A program made the translations under genes and the position numbers. The notes beneath the pieces are model-generated. The model searched no databases. It saw only the letters and a program-made list of their open reading frames with translations, and was not told where the DNA came from. 64,000 bases of DNA from Candidatus Aminicenantes bacterium (GTDB taxonomy: Bacteria > Acidobacteriota > Aminicenantia > Aminicenantales > Aminicenantaceae): the NCBI GenBank assembly GCA_041686095.1, contig JAWLEN010000001.1, positions 35,471-99,470 on the forward strand. Reading direction: 5' to 3'. Of the stretch, positions 1 to 10,019 are shown piece by piece; within the stretch, counting starts at the first letter, position 1; every line of letters begins with the position of its first letter.

Positions 1-303
1 GAATGGTCAGAGGGAATGTTTGAAGCAGAACTCAGGGTGGCTTCTTTCCAGAATGGATATTTTGCTGCTTTGACCAACAGAGTGGGAGAAGAAGATAAAT
101 TAATATTTTCTGGAGGATCGTTTGTAGTGAATCCAGAAGGAAATGTCATTGCTCAAGCTCCTCAGGGAAAAGATGCTATTCTCTATGCTGACTGTGATTT
201 AAATGAAATCAATCACTGCACAGCCAAAAAATATTTTCTTCCCGATAGGAGACCTGAATATTATAGAAAGTTTAAAACAACCGATAATAGAGAGAAAAAA
301 TAA
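1..303 (+). CDS. Carbon-nitrogen hydrolase (nitrilase superfamily) C-terminal fragment, 5' end cut by the window edge; possibly an N-carbamoyl-amino-acid amidohydrolase
   Basis: The frame is open from base 1 (EWSEG MFEAELRVASFQNGYFAALTNRVGEE...GGSFVVNPEGNVIA). This pattern is typical of C-N hydrolase C-termini. The context is hydantoinase/racemase genes. Confidence 0.5.
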   Translation, partial: EWSEGMFEAELRVASFQNGYFAALTNRVGEEDKLIFSGGSFVVNPEGNVIAQAPQGKDAILYADCDLNEINHCTAKKYFLPDRRPEYYRKFKTTDNREKK

Positions 304-321
304 ACAACAAGGATGAATTGA

Positions 322-801
322 ATGAAGAACTGGTTTGTACTCAACACAAAACCCAAAAAAGAATTTCAAGTGGAAAAGATATTTAGCGAAAACGGTTATA
401 AAATATACAACCCTAAGTACAAGCAGGAGAACCGGATACGACCTTTTTTCGCAGGATATGAGTTCATTTATTTTGATCATCCCTCTCAATACAGGACAGT
501 CAAATACACCAGAGGAGTCAAAAAGATCATCGGTAATGAACAAGGCCCCATTCCCATCCATGAGAAGTTAATCAATGAAATAAAAAAAAGAGAAATTGAT
601 GGTTTTATTGAATTAAATAAATACGGAAGTGAACCTAAATCAGGAGATGAAGTTCAAGTGATGGAAGGGGCTATGAAAGGTTTAAAGGGAATTTTTAAAA
701 AGGAAATAACTCCCAAAGAAAGAGCTCTTATCCTTTTAAACTATGTCTCATACCAGGGGCATTTGATTATTGATAAAAAGAAGTTAAAAAAAGTTTTATA
801 G
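322..801 (+). CDS. NusG-family transcription antiterminator paralog (NGN + KOW; UpxY/LoaP-like)
   Basis: 159 aa with an N-terminal MKNWFVLNTKPKKE (NGN-like) and a C-terminal KOW-like GDEVQVMEGAMKGLKGIF. Confidence 0.55.
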   Translation: MKNWFVLNTKPKKEFQVEKIFSENGYKIYNPKYKQENRIRPFFAGYEFIYFDHPSQYRTVKYTRGVKKIIGNEQGPIPIHEKLINEIKKREIDGFIELNKYGSEPKSGDEVQVMEGAMKGLKGIFKKEITPKERALILLNYVSYQGHLIIDKKKLKKVL

Positions 802-803
802 AA

Positions 804-1784
804 TTACTCCATTATAATTTGTTTTAGTTTTTCAAGACTTAGTTTGGATCCGCTTATAATCAGAACCACTTTTTTGTGAATAAAATTCTCCTTTTCTTTC
901 ATAAGAGCAGCTACAGATAGGGCCGCAGCTCCTTCTATTAAGAAATGCTCTTTTTCAATGACCAGTCTAATGGCCTGTTCAATTTCATGCTCAGAAAGAA
1001 TAACAAATCGGTCCACATAATCCCTGCATAAATCATATGTTATAGAACCTTGTTCAATCCCTCCTGCAGTGCCGTCAGATAGAGTGGGTTTAGACTCCAT
1101 TTCAAGGATTCTTCCGGCTTTTAGAGATTCATACATAACAGGAGAATTTTCGGGCTGAGCTCCTATGATTTCAATTTCTGGATTTTTACTTTTTAGATAT
1201 CCTGCTAATCCAGATACCAATCCCCCTCCTCCCACAGGTACAATAACCACATCCAATTCTGGTAACTGTTCCGTGAGTTCAATCCCGATAGTCCCTTGTC
1301 CGGCAATAATTTCCAGATCATTGTAAGGAGAAATATAAGTAGCACCTTTTTTATTGGCTTCCTTTTTTGCCTTAAGTTCTGCCTCTAGGCAGTCATCACC
1401 AAAGATTTCGATCTCTGGATCATAAATCTTTAGAGACTCGATTTTTGTTTTTGGAACATAGGATGGTAAGAACAAGGCTGCCTTAATCCCCAATTTTTTG
1501 GATACATATGAAACTGCGGCACCATGGTTTCCAGAAGAAGCGGTTAGGATGCCTTTTTTTCTCTGAGCCTCACTTAAAGAAAGAATTTTATTCACAGCCC
1601 CTCTTATCTTAAAAGACCTAGTAATCTGAATATTTTCCAGTTTTAAGAAAACTTCGGATTGTGTTTTTTTGCTTAAATAAAAAGAAAATTCAAGGGGGGT
1701 GTATCTTATAAATTCACGGATTCTTTTTTCAGCTTCCTGGCATTTGCTTTCTATGTTTATTTTAAAATCAGATCGGATCATCAT
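804..1784 (-). CDS. PLP-dependent threonine/serine dehydratase family enzyme
   Basis: SFKIRGA lysine motif, GNHG and a glycine-rich loop (VPVGGGGLVSG) typical of the fold-type II PLP beta-family. Confidence 0.7.
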   Translation of the reverse strand: MMIRSDFKINIESKCQEAEKRIREFIRYTPLEFSFYLSKKTQSEVFLKLENIQITRSFKIRGAVNKILSLSEAQRKKGILTASSGNHGAAVSYVSKKLGIKAALFLPSYVPKTKIESLKIYDPEIEIFGDDCLEAELKAKKEANKKGATYISPYNDLEIIAGQGTIGIELTEQLPELDVVIVPVGGGGLVSGLAGYLKSKNPEIEIIGAQPENSPVMYESLKAGRILEMESKPTLSDGTAGGIEQGSITYDLCRDYVDRFVILSEHEIEQAIRLVIEKEHFLIEGAAALSVAALMKEKENFIHKKVVLIISGSKLSLEKLKQIIME

Positions 1785-1795
1785 TAAACTCCTTT

Positions 1796-3220
1796 TTATG
1801 TGTCTTTAGTATGGATTCCTTTTTTTAGTGCTTTTCTCTTCCAGTAAAAATATACAGGTATCCCCAATAGGGTCAGAATAACTCCGGCCAAAGATTCCAC
1901 TGGTTTTTCTATCAAAGTGTTGATAAGGATCCCCAGAGAAAAAATAATGAACAAGAAAGGAACAATAGGATATCCCCATGTTTTATACGGGCGTTCCATA
2001 TTTGGATATTTCTTCCTTAACGTAAAAACTGAAGCAGCTGCAGCCACCCAAAAAGCAATGGCGATGAACATAGCAAATGTAAATATCTGTTCAAAAGAAC
2101 CCAGGATGGTCAAAAATGAAGCCCAAACTGCTTGAATGAGGATGGCAAAACCAGGTGTATGAAACTTTGGGTGGACTTTTGAAACTCTTTTGAAGAACAA
2201 CCTATCTTTGGCCATAGCATAATAGACCCTAGGCCCTGTTAAAATAGAACCATTCAAGGAACCAAATGTGGAGATAATGACAGCTGCTGATACAAAAATT
2301 CCAGTGGAAGTGCCGAAGAGAGATGTGGTGGCTTGTTCAGCTATTCTCACAATTCCCTTTATCTCTGGAATGGGAAGAGCGTATAAATATATATAGTTCA
2401 ATATTAAGTAAAGAAAGGTGACACCTAAAGTTCCTAAAAAAAGTGATAAAGGAAGATTTTTACCGGGTTTTTTTATTTCTCCGGCCACAAAATTGACATT
2501 ATTCCATCCATCAAAAGCCCAGGATACAGCCACAAGAGCCACTCCGAATCCCATGATCAGCTGAGTCAAGCTCATGGATTCTGGATTTAGGGTTAAGTCA
2601 ATAGGAGTTCCTTTGCCTAAAGCAAAACCCAAAACAATGATGCCCACAATAGTGCCGATCTTTATGATGGTGATAAAATTCTGTATGCCTTTTCCCAGTC
2701 CAACTCCTAAAAAATTACATAGAGAAAGAAAGACAATGACCCCCACTCCAACTAACTGTCCTGAAGAAAGGGAATAAGTCAGGGTATTCTGAAAAAGGTT
2801 AATATCAAAAGAAAAGATAACTCTTTGAGTGGAAAGAAAAGGAAACAAATGTCCTGTGTATTCTGAAAAAGCCAGAGCAAGTCCTGCGATCCCTCCTGTC
2901 ATATAGACTAAAAACAAGATCCAGCCAAAAAGAAATCCTGCCATAGACCCGTAAGCCTCTTTAAGATAGACATATTGTCCCCCGGCTTCGGGCATAGCTG
3001 CTCCCAGCTCAGCATAAGTTAAAGCGCCTGCAAAAGTGAGAAGTCCTCCCATTAACCACGCAAGCAGTATTAAAGGTGCAGAGGGAATGGATTTTGCCAT
3101 GATTCCAGTAGTAAGAAATATCCCGGAGCCGATGACAATTCCCATTATCACCATGGTTGAATCAAAAAGGCCAAGCTGACGGACCAGTTTTTTTTGGTTG
3201 TCTATTCTGACTTTTTCCAT
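1796..3220 (-). CDS. APC-family amino acid permease
   Basis: 474 aa, about 12 predicted TM helices, with a typical APC N-terminus (LGLFDSTMVIMGIVIGSGIF). Confidence 0.7.
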   Translation of the reverse strand: MEKVRIDNQKKLVRQLGLFDSTMVIMGIVIGSGIFLTTGIMAKSIPSAPLILLAWLMGGLLTFAGALTYAELGAAMPEAGGQYVYLKEAYGSMAGFLFGWILFLVYMTGGIAGLALAFSEYTGHLFPFLSTQRVIFSFDINLFQNTLTYSLSSGQLVGVGVIVFLSLCNFLGVGLGKGIQNFITIIKIGTIVGIIVLGFALGKGTPIDLTLNPESMSLTQLIMGFGVALVAVSWAFDGWNNVNFVAGEIKKPGKNLPLSLFLGTLGVTFLYLILNYIYLYALPIPEIKGIVRIAEQATTSLFGTSTGIFVSAAVIISTFGSLNGSILTGPRVYYAMAKDRLFFKRVSKVHPKFHTPGFAILIQAVWASFLTILGSFEQIFTFAMFIAIAFWVAAAASVFTLRKKYPNMERPYKTWGYPIVPFLFIIFSLGILINTLIEKPVESLAGVILTLLGIPVYFYWKRKALKKGIHTKDT

Positions 3221-3342
3221 ATTTGTCTCAACACTTAATTTTATAATATATTTACCAAGAATCAGTCCAGCTTATCTTTTTGACTTCAAGAGTATGGTGT
3301 GATTTAATGCTTTATATATATATCATTTTTAGGAGACATGAA

Positions 3343-4038
3343 ATGAAGACCATTGGATTAATAGGAGGAATGAGCTGGGAATCTTCTCTTGAGTACTACA
3401 GGATTCTGAACCGCCTTGTCAAAGAAAAACTCGGCGGTTTTCATTCAGCCAAATGTGTTATGTATTCTGTTGATTTTGAAGAAATCGAAAAACTCCAGCA
3501 CAAGGGGAAATGGGATGAATTGACTGACCTTATGATCGACGCAGCTCAAAGAGTCGAAAAAGCCGGTGCTGACTGTGTTGTCATATGCACCAACACCATG
3601 CATAAAATGGCTCCTGAAGTGCAAACAAATATCAATATTCCATTACTTCATATCGCAGATGTAACGGCTGAAGAGATAAAAAACAGAGGTCAGAAAATGG
3701 TTGGCCTTCTCGGTACTAAATTCACCATGGAGCAGGATTTCTATAAAGGAAGATTGATCGAAGAACATGGCATTCATGTGGTCATTCCTGATGAAGAACA
3801 AAGAAAAGTTATCCATCACATATTATACGATGAGCTGGTTCAGGGTGAAATAAGTGAAACTTCAAAAAATAAGTTCAAGGAAATCATCGCTTCGTTGCAG
3901 AGCAGAGGTGCGGAAGGGATCATACTGGGTTGTACGGAAATTCCCCTGTTAGTGAAGCAAAAAGACTATGATATCCCTTTATATGACACCACTTTTATTC
4001 ATGCCCGGGCTGCGGTGGAATGGTCTTTAAAAGAATAA
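3343..4038 (+). CDS. Asp/Glu/hydantoin racemase family protein (aspartate-racemase-like)
   Basis: MKTIGLIGGMSWESS N-terminus, two catalytic Cys contexts (AKCVMYS, LGCTEIPLL). AGGAG RBS lies 7 nt upstream of the ATG at 3343. The ORF track start at 3280 is probably too long. Confidence 0.7.
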   Translation: MKTIGLIGGMSWESSLEYYRILNRLVKEKLGGFHSAKCVMYSVDFEEIEKLQHKGKWDELTDLMIDAAQRVEKAGADCVVICTNTMHKMAPEVQTNINIPLLHIADVTAEEIKNRGQKMVGLLGTKFTMEQDFYKGRLIEEHGIHVVIPDEEQRKVIHHILYDELVQGEISETSKNKFKEIIASLQSRGAEGIILGCTEIPLLVKQKDYDIPLYDTTFIHARAAVEWSLKE

Positions 4039-4055
4039 ATCTAAACTTCTTTCGT

Positions 4056-5273
4056 TTATTTGATAAATAGCTTAACGATATTCCAGATTCCGATAAAGGA
4101 GACAATGGATATCACCACGACTCCTAATAAGTTATTTTTGAAGTCATTGGCCAAATCTCCCATTTTCTTTCTGTCATTGAGGACCATTAATAAAAATATT
4201 GAAGCCATCGGCAGGATAACCCCATTGGCTACCTGAGCAAAAACAATAACGGAAATGGGATTGAAATCAAACAGTGAGACCACCAATCCCACTAAAATAA
4301 CTCCTATCCATACCAACCGAAATGATCTTGTATTCTTTTCTGTCCATCCCAACACTCCTGAGGCAGCAAAGGCAGCGGCATACGGAGCCGTGACCGCAGA
4401 ACTCATTCCAGCCGCAAAAAAACCCATCCCAAAAAGAAAAGTAGTCAAAGGACCGAAAAGAGGCTCAAGCTGCTGGGCAAGTTGAGCTCCACTGTTGATA
4501 TGGATGCCTTTTTGGAAAAAAGCCACACTTGAAGTCACTACAATGGATGCAGATATAAATCCTCCCAGACATATAGATAGTGTCAAATCTTTTCTGAATT
4601 CTTTTAAATTATTTTTTGACTTCCATTTCTTTCTTACTGCTGAGGAGTGAAGAAAAAGATTATAAGGAACCACAGTTGTGCCTACAAGAGCCAACGTAAT
4701 GAAAAGGGAATTTTTTGGAAAAGAAGGGATCAATCCTTTTAAAATAAGAGAAACGTCAGGTTTTATGATAATAAGGGTGCTGATAAAAGACACGCTCATT
4801 AAAAAAACCAATGTTATCAAGACTTTTTCAATAATTTGGTGTTTTTTTATACTCAGCAACAGAACTGAGGCAGCTGATATGAGTAATACCCATATTTTCT
4901 GGGGTAGGGAAGAGATCATTTCAAGTCCTATTGAGCCGCCGATGATATTTCCTGCTTCATAAGCCGCACAGCCAAGAGATATGGCTGAAATAGTCAAAAC
5001 AATGAATACTATTCTGGTGAGATTACTTTGGGGGTATTCTCTTAAAGACTGACTAAGGTCAAGCCCTGAACCCAAGCTGAGTCTCCCGGTCATCTCCTGG
5101 AGTATGATAGTGGTCACAGTGGCGAATATCAGAACATAAATAAGAGAATATCCAAAATCTGCTCCGGCTATAGAACATGTGGTCACAGTCCCAGGCCCAA
5201 TAAACGCTGCAGTAACCAAGAATCCAGGACCATAGTGGCTGATTCTATTCTTTTTTGCCATAACCCCCTCCAC
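4056..5273 (-). CDS. mntH: Nramp-family divalent metal (Mn2+/Fe2+) transporter
   Basis: GPGFLVTAAFIGPGTVTT N-terminal motif characteristic of Nramp/MntH; about 11 TM helices. Confidence 0.75.
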   Translation of the reverse strand: MEGVMAKKNRISHYGPGFLVTAAFIGPGTVTTCSIAGADFGYSLIYVLIFATVTTIILQEMTGRLSLGSGLDLSQSLREYPQSNLTRIVFIVLTISAISLGCAAYEAGNIIGGSIGLEMISSLPQKIWVLLISAASVLLLSIKKHQIIEKVLITLVFLMSVSFISTLIIIKPDVSLILKGLIPSFPKNSLFITLALVGTTVVPYNLFLHSSAVRKKWKSKNNLKEFRKDLTLSICLGGFISASIVVTSSVAFFQKGIHINSGAQLAQQLEPLFGPLTTFLFGMGFFAAGMSSAVTAPYAAAFAASGVLGWTEKNTRSFRLVWIGVILVGLVVSLFDFNPISVIVFAQVANGVILPMASIFLLMVLNDRKKMGDLANDFKNNLLGVVVISIVSFIGIWNIVKLFIK

Positions 5274-6813
5274 CCGGAGTTTCTATATGGAGAACATCTC
5301 CTGCCTCTGCTTTCAGGTTTACTTTTGAGCCTAATTTTATTCTTTTCCCATCAGCCCGAATCAGCATATTCACTCCTTTTTTTCCGCTCTTTCCGTGCTT
5401 CAGCCCATAGGGAGAAAATTTTCTCCTTTCGGAAATTATAGATATCTGGGTGGGTACACGAAATTCGTACTCTCGGATAATTCCATCTCCTCCCTTATTC
5501 TTTCCATCTCCTCCAGAATGAGACCTTAAGGAATATTTTTGTATATAAAGAGGAAGATAATTTTCCATGGCCTCCAAAGGAGTGTTTAAAGAGTTGGTCA
5601 TATGAGTGTGAATCCCGCTCAATCCATCATAATTAAAACCAGCCCCCATGCCCCCGCCAATGGTTTCGTAATAAGCGAACCTCGATTTTCTCTCTTTATT
5701 ATACCCCCCAAAAGTAACATTGTTCATGGTCCCTGAACTAGCTGCTGGGATTTTATCGGGCACAGCTTTATAAAGAGCACCCAGAAGGACGTCCACGATT
5801 CTCTGTGAGGTTTCCACATTGCCTCCCGCAGTGGCAGAGGGGAATTCAGCATTTAGGAGTGACCCTTTAGGTGCGATTATTTCTAAAGGCCTGAGAAGAC
5901 CTGTATTAAAAGGAATGTCTTCTTCCACAAGGGAACGGAAAACATAGAGAACCGCAGAGAATGTCACAGCTGAATTTGCATTGATTCCACCAGCCACTTG
6001 ATCAGAGGAAGAACTAAAATCGATGATGGCGTGGTCTCCTTTTATCTTTATCTTGACCGCTATTGGAACTGGTTTGTCACTAATGCCGTCATCATCCATA
6101 TGATCTGAGAATTCGTATTGTCCGTTTGGAATGGTTTTGATGGTTTTTCTCAGTATTTTCTCTGTATAGTCTTGGATGAGAGAAGCATAGTGGAGTATCT
6201 TGCCCAATCCAAATTTTTCAATGGTCTCTTTCAATCGAGCTCTTCCTTTGTCATTAGCTGCTATTTGGGCCATCAGGTCGCCTTTTCTTTCCTCTGGCGT
6301 TCGCACATTGGCAAGAATAAAATGAAGAAGGTCCTTATCCAGTTTTCCTTTTTTAACTAATTTTATAGGAGGTATGATCAATCCTTCCTGGAATATTTCA
6401 GTAGCCAACGGCATTGAACCAGGAGTCATGCCTCCGATGTCAGAGTGATGGGCTCTATTGGCTGCCAAAAAAGAAAGTTTGTCATTGATAAAAACAGGGG
6501 ATATGCATGTTATATCTGGAAGATGAGTGCCTCCTTTATAAGGATCATTCAACAAGGCCACATCTCCGTCTTGGAAATTCAAATAATGAAGAGATGCCTG
6601 GACAGAAAGAGGCATAGCACCGAGATGAACCGGGATATGAGAGCCTTGGGCAAAAGTTTCCCCTTTGTTGTTAAATAAAGCGCAGGAAAAATCTCTTCGT
6701 TCTTTAATATTCGGAGAAAGAGAAGTTCTTTCCAGGACTGCTCCCATTTCTTCTGATATAGAAACAAATAAATTTTTGAAAAGCTCCAGTTCAATGGGAT
6801 CAAATTCAGTCAT
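5245..6813 (-). CDS. hyuB: Hydantoinase B / 5-oxoprolinase B-subunit family
   Basis: 522 aa with an MTEFDPIELELFKNLFVSISEEMG N-terminus typical of HyuB/acetone-carboxylase-alpha-like proteins. It overlaps the upstream hyuA by 8 nt. Confidence 0.75.
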   Translation of the reverse strand: MTEFDPIELELFKNLFVSISEEMGAVLERTSLSPNIKERRDFSCALFNNKGETFAQGSHIPVHLGAMPLSVQASLHYLNFQDGDVALLNDPYKGGTHLPDITCISPVFINDKLSFLAANRAHHSDIGGMTPGSMPLATEIFQEGLIIPPIKLVKKGKLDKDLLHFILANVRTPEERKGDLMAQIAANDKGRARLKETIEKFGLGKILHYASLIQDYTEKILRKTIKTIPNGQYEFSDHMDDDGISDKPVPIAVKIKIKGDHAIIDFSSSSDQVAGGINANSAVTFSAVLYVFRSLVEEDIPFNTGLLRPLEIIAPKGSLLNAEFPSATAGGNVETSQRIVDVLLGALYKAVPDKIPAASSGTMNNVTFGGYNKERKSRFAYYETIGGGMGAGFNYDGLSGIHTHMTNSLNTPLEAMENYLPLYIQKYSLRSHSGGDGKNKGGDGIIREYEFRVPTQISIISERRKFSPYGLKHGKSGKKGVNMLIRADGKRIKLGSKVNLKAEAGDVLHIETPGGGGYGKKE

Positions 6814-8836
6814 CCATGTTTTCCTTTCGACTCATAATAATATTCAAATATTCATCAATTTTTGCCCTAAAATCAGGAGGAATAAATGTTGTGGATTCAA
6901 GGTCAACAATAAGAGCTGGACCGGAAATTTTATTTTCAGGTTTTAATAAGGACCGATCATAAACTGAAGAGACTTCATATTTTCCCTGGTAATAAATTTT
7001 TTGCTTTTTTACCACAGCTTTTTCAGTGTCAGCTTTTTCCTTTCTTATTTTTTCTAATTTGACCTTTTCTGTTTTTCCTGTTGCTTTAAGTCTTATGTTC
7101 ACAATTTCAATAGGGCGTTCAGGATGACTGTATAAATAAAGTCTTTCATGAGATTCATGAAATTTGTTAACACAGTTTAAATCCTCTGCGTAAGGAATCG
7201 TGATCTCAAATGACTGCCCATAATATCTAAGGTCAAGAAACCTTTTCAGCAATATGTTTTGTTTAGCAAAACCTTCTTTTTGCATGTCAGAGACTGCTTT
7301 TATTTCTAAATTATTGAATTCTTTATTCAGATCTTTTCCAATGGAATCTGTATCAAAAATCTTCAAGATTGATTTTGAGTAATCTCTGGTGGAATCAGCT
7401 AAAAGCAGTCCTAATGAGGAAAGGACTCCAGCATTTTTTGGGATGATGATAACTGGAATTTGGAGTCCCAAGGCAATTTCTGCAGCGTGCATGCCTCCAG
7501 CCCCGCCGAATGAAAAAAGAGCAAATTTTCTCACATCAATTCCTTTTTCTATGGAAATGACACGAATAGCCTTACTCATATTTGAGTTAGCTATTTTAAT
7601 AATTCCAGCTGCTGCTTCTGGAACAGATTTACCTATTTTTTTCCCCAAATTCTTGATAGCTGCATAACTTCTCTCAGGAAATATTTTCATTTTTCCGCCT
7701 AGAAAATGATCGGCTGATAGTCTTCCCACTACCAAATTAGCATCCGTCACTGTGGGGATTTTTCCTTTGCCATAGCAGGCTGGGCCAGGATCAGCTCCTG
7801 CACTTTTTGGGCCTACTCTCAAAGAACCGCCTTTATCCATATAGGCAATGGATCCTCCTCCAGCTCCCACTGTATTTATATCAATGATAGGCAGGCGTAG
7901 GGGAAATTCACCTATCTTATTTTCGCTGGTCCTTTGAATTTTTCCATCAATTAATGAAACATCTGAAGAAGTGCCGCCCATATCAAAGGTGACTATCTTA
8001 TGGTATCCTGCTGATTTTGCGACATAGTAAGCGGCCACCACGCCTCCTGCCGGACCCGAAAGAGCGGTTCTTATTGGTTCTTTTTTTGCGATTTGTGTGG
8101 ATATGTGTCCTTCATTTGACTGCATGATTCGAAGATGCACATTTTCCAAGCAATTTTCTAGATTCATTAAATACCGGCTTATCACAGGCATCAAATAAGC
8201 ATTAACAGCTGTAATCACTGTTCTTTCGTACTCTCTGTACTCGGGCAGAATCTCACTGGACCTGGAGACAAGATAACCCTCTTTATCAAAGGCTTTGTGG
8301 ATCTTTTTCTCATTATCTGCATTGGCGTATGAATTTATGAAACACACCGCTACTGCCCTGGCCTGGATTTTTTTTACCGCTTCCACAGCCTTTTTTATAT
8401 CTTTTTTAGATATTTTCTTTAGAATCTTCCCAGATACTGAAGTCCTTTCTCTGATCCCAATACAGTGAGAACGGGGGAAAAGAGGAATTCTGGTTTCCCC
8501 TTTAAGATCATAGAGTCTGTTCCTAGTCTGTCTTCCGATGAATATGACATCTTCAAATCCTTGAGTGGTTAGGAGGGCGATAGGATCTCCAGATTTTTCT
8601 AAAAGGCTGTTTGTGGCCACAGTGGTTCCATGGATTATCTGAAGAGATTCCCCTTTTTCTAAATAATTGTTCACTCCTTTGACAATAGCCTCAGATGGAT
8701 CCTCGGGGGTAGATGGAACCTTTTTAATAAAGATTTTTCCATTCGAGTATATGACAAAATCAGTAAAAGTCCCTCCAGTGTCAACACCAATACGGATAAT
8801 ATTTATCACAAGGGCTAAATTATGCTTATAGGGCAA
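6806..8836 (-). CDS. hyuA: Hydantoinase A / 5-oxoprolinase A-subunit family (ATP-dependent)
   Basis: 676 aa; IGVDTGGTFTDFV N-terminal ASKHA motif; DMGGTSSDVS second ATPase motif. Confidence 0.75.
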   Translation of the reverse strand: MPYKHNLALVINIIRIGVDTGGTFTDFVIYSNGKIFIKKVPSTPEDPSEAIVKGVNNYLEKGESLQIIHGTTVATNSLLEKSGDPIALLTTQGFEDVIFIGRQTRNRLYDLKGETRIPLFPRSHCIGIRERTSVSGKILKKISKKDIKKAVEAVKKIQARAVAVCFINSYANADNEKKIHKAFDKEGYLVSRSSEILPEYREYERTVITAVNAYLMPVISRYLMNLENCLENVHLRIMQSNEGHISTQIAKKEPIRTALSGPAGGVVAAYYVAKSAGYHKIVTFDMGGTSSDVSLIDGKIQRTSENKIGEFPLRLPIIDINTVGAGGGSIAYMDKGGSLRVGPKSAGADPGPACYGKGKIPTVTDANLVVGRLSADHFLGGKMKIFPERSYAAIKNLGKKIGKSVPEAAAGIIKIANSNMSKAIRVISIEKGIDVRKFALFSFGGAGGMHAAEIALGLQIPVIIIPKNAGVLSSLGLLLADSTRDYSKSILKIFDTDSIGKDLNKEFNNLEIKAVSDMQKEGFAKQNILLKRFLDLRYYGQSFEITIPYAEDLNCVNKFHESHERLYLYSHPERPIEIVNIRLKATGKTEKVKLEKIRKEKADTEKAVVKKQKIYYQGKYEVSSVYDRSLLKPENKISGPALIVDLESTTFIPPDFRAKIDEYLNIIMSRKENMDD

Positions 8837-9001
8837 AGAATGTCAAGAAGCTCTATCACTCTGAACTAAAATGATGAGTATAGCAAAATTATTGAGTAAG
8901 GATCTCAGAAACATTTTTTAATGGCTGCATTTACTGCATTTGAACTCATATATTGGCATCTTGATATTATTATAAATGAAAATGAATCATTGGCAAGATC
9001 A

Positions 9002-9361
9002 TTAAAACAAGATATGAGTGATTATTTCCCTTAATTTATCTTCATCCACAGGTTTTGTCATGTATCCGGCAGGGGATAGGATATTTGCTTTTCTTTCTGT
9101 ATTACTATCTGCAAATCCAGTTAAAAAGACCACAGGAATACTATATTCCCTAGAAATAATCTTTGCCGTTTCGATCCCATCTATTTTGCCTTTGAGTCCT
9201 ATATCCATTATCACTAAATCAAATCTATCCTTTTTGACCATATTCAGAGCTTCTTCTCCTGCGAAAGCAATCTCAGATTCAATTTCTCCAAAACTAGAAA
9301 GAGAGTTTTTCAAATCCAGAGAAACGATACCTTCGTCTTCAACAATCAGTACTTTTTTCAT
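9002..9361 (-). CDS. Stand-alone CheY-like response-regulator receiver domain
   Basis: 119 aa; KVLIVEDE, DLVIMDIGL, and a conserved Lys context (MTKP). Confidence 0.7.
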   Translation of the reverse strand: MKKVLIVEDEGIVSLDLKNSLSSFGEIESEIAFAGEEALNMVKKDRFDLVIMDIGLKGKIDGIETAKIISREYSIPVVFLTGFADSNTERKANILSPAGYMTKPVDEDKLREIITHILF

Positions 9362-9459
9362 GTATTCCAGGATATTTAAATTATGTTTTTATTGCCCCAA
9401 TCATTATATAACTTCACTAACAATAATGGCAAGAAAATAAGTAGATAATGCTGAAACCT

Positions 9460-9933
9460 TTATTCAAATGACTTCACAGCAATGGCTTCTATCTCAACTT
9501 TGACGTCTTTGGGAAGACGTGCGACCTGGACTGCAGCCCGTGCCGGGTAGGGAGGTTTAAAGAATTCCCCATAAACTTCATTCATTTTAGAAAAATCATC
9601 CATGTCCTGTAAAAAAACAGTACACTTAACAACATTATCTAAAGAACATCCCGACTTCTCAATAACCGCCTTAAGGTTTTCCAAGGCTAATCGTGTTTGC
9701 TCCTCCACTGAACCTTTATTCAATTCTCCTGTTTCAGGGTTTATGGCAATCTGTCCTGAGGCAAACACAAATCCATTTGCTTCAATTCCCTGTGAATAAG
9801 GTCCTATGGCTGCAGGGGCTTTTTTTGTTTTGATTTCTTTTTTCATTTTAGTTTTTTCTCCTTTACACGAAAATAAAACAGGGCTGGCTAAAGCCGCACA
9901 CCCTAAGAATATCATGGCTTCTCTTCTTTTCAT
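9460..9933 (-). CDS. RidA/YjgF family protein with N-terminal lipoprotein-type signal (LFSC)
   Basis: [26 protein letters not shown]...[12 protein letters not shown], characteristic of RidA; signal peptide with cysteine. Confidence 0.7.
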   Translation of the reverse strand: MKRREAMIFLGCAALASPVLFSCKGEKTKMKKEIKTKKAPAAIGPYSQGIEANGFVFASGQIAINPETGELNKGSVEEQTRLALENLKAVIEKSGCSLDNVVKCTVFLQDMDDFSKMNEVYGEFFKPPYPARAAVQVARLPKDVKVEIEAIAVKSFE

Positions 9934-10019
9934 TTAAGGTGCTCCTATCGCTAGAAAATCATTCTTGTTCCAAAAGGATCAAATCATTGTCGCCTGATTG
10001 CTCTAAATTTAAGATGGAA

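Noticed and set aside
3280-3342. Long N-terminal extension of the racemase (ORF start at 3280)
   Set aside because: A conserved MKTIGLIGG start with an AGGAG RBS at 3331-3335 supports the ATG at 3343. The upstream 21 codons are AT-rich leader.
9018-9440. 140-aa plus-strand ORF overlapping the receiver-domain gene
   Set aside because: It is antisense to a well-conserved CheY-like receiver and has no motifs. Spurious.
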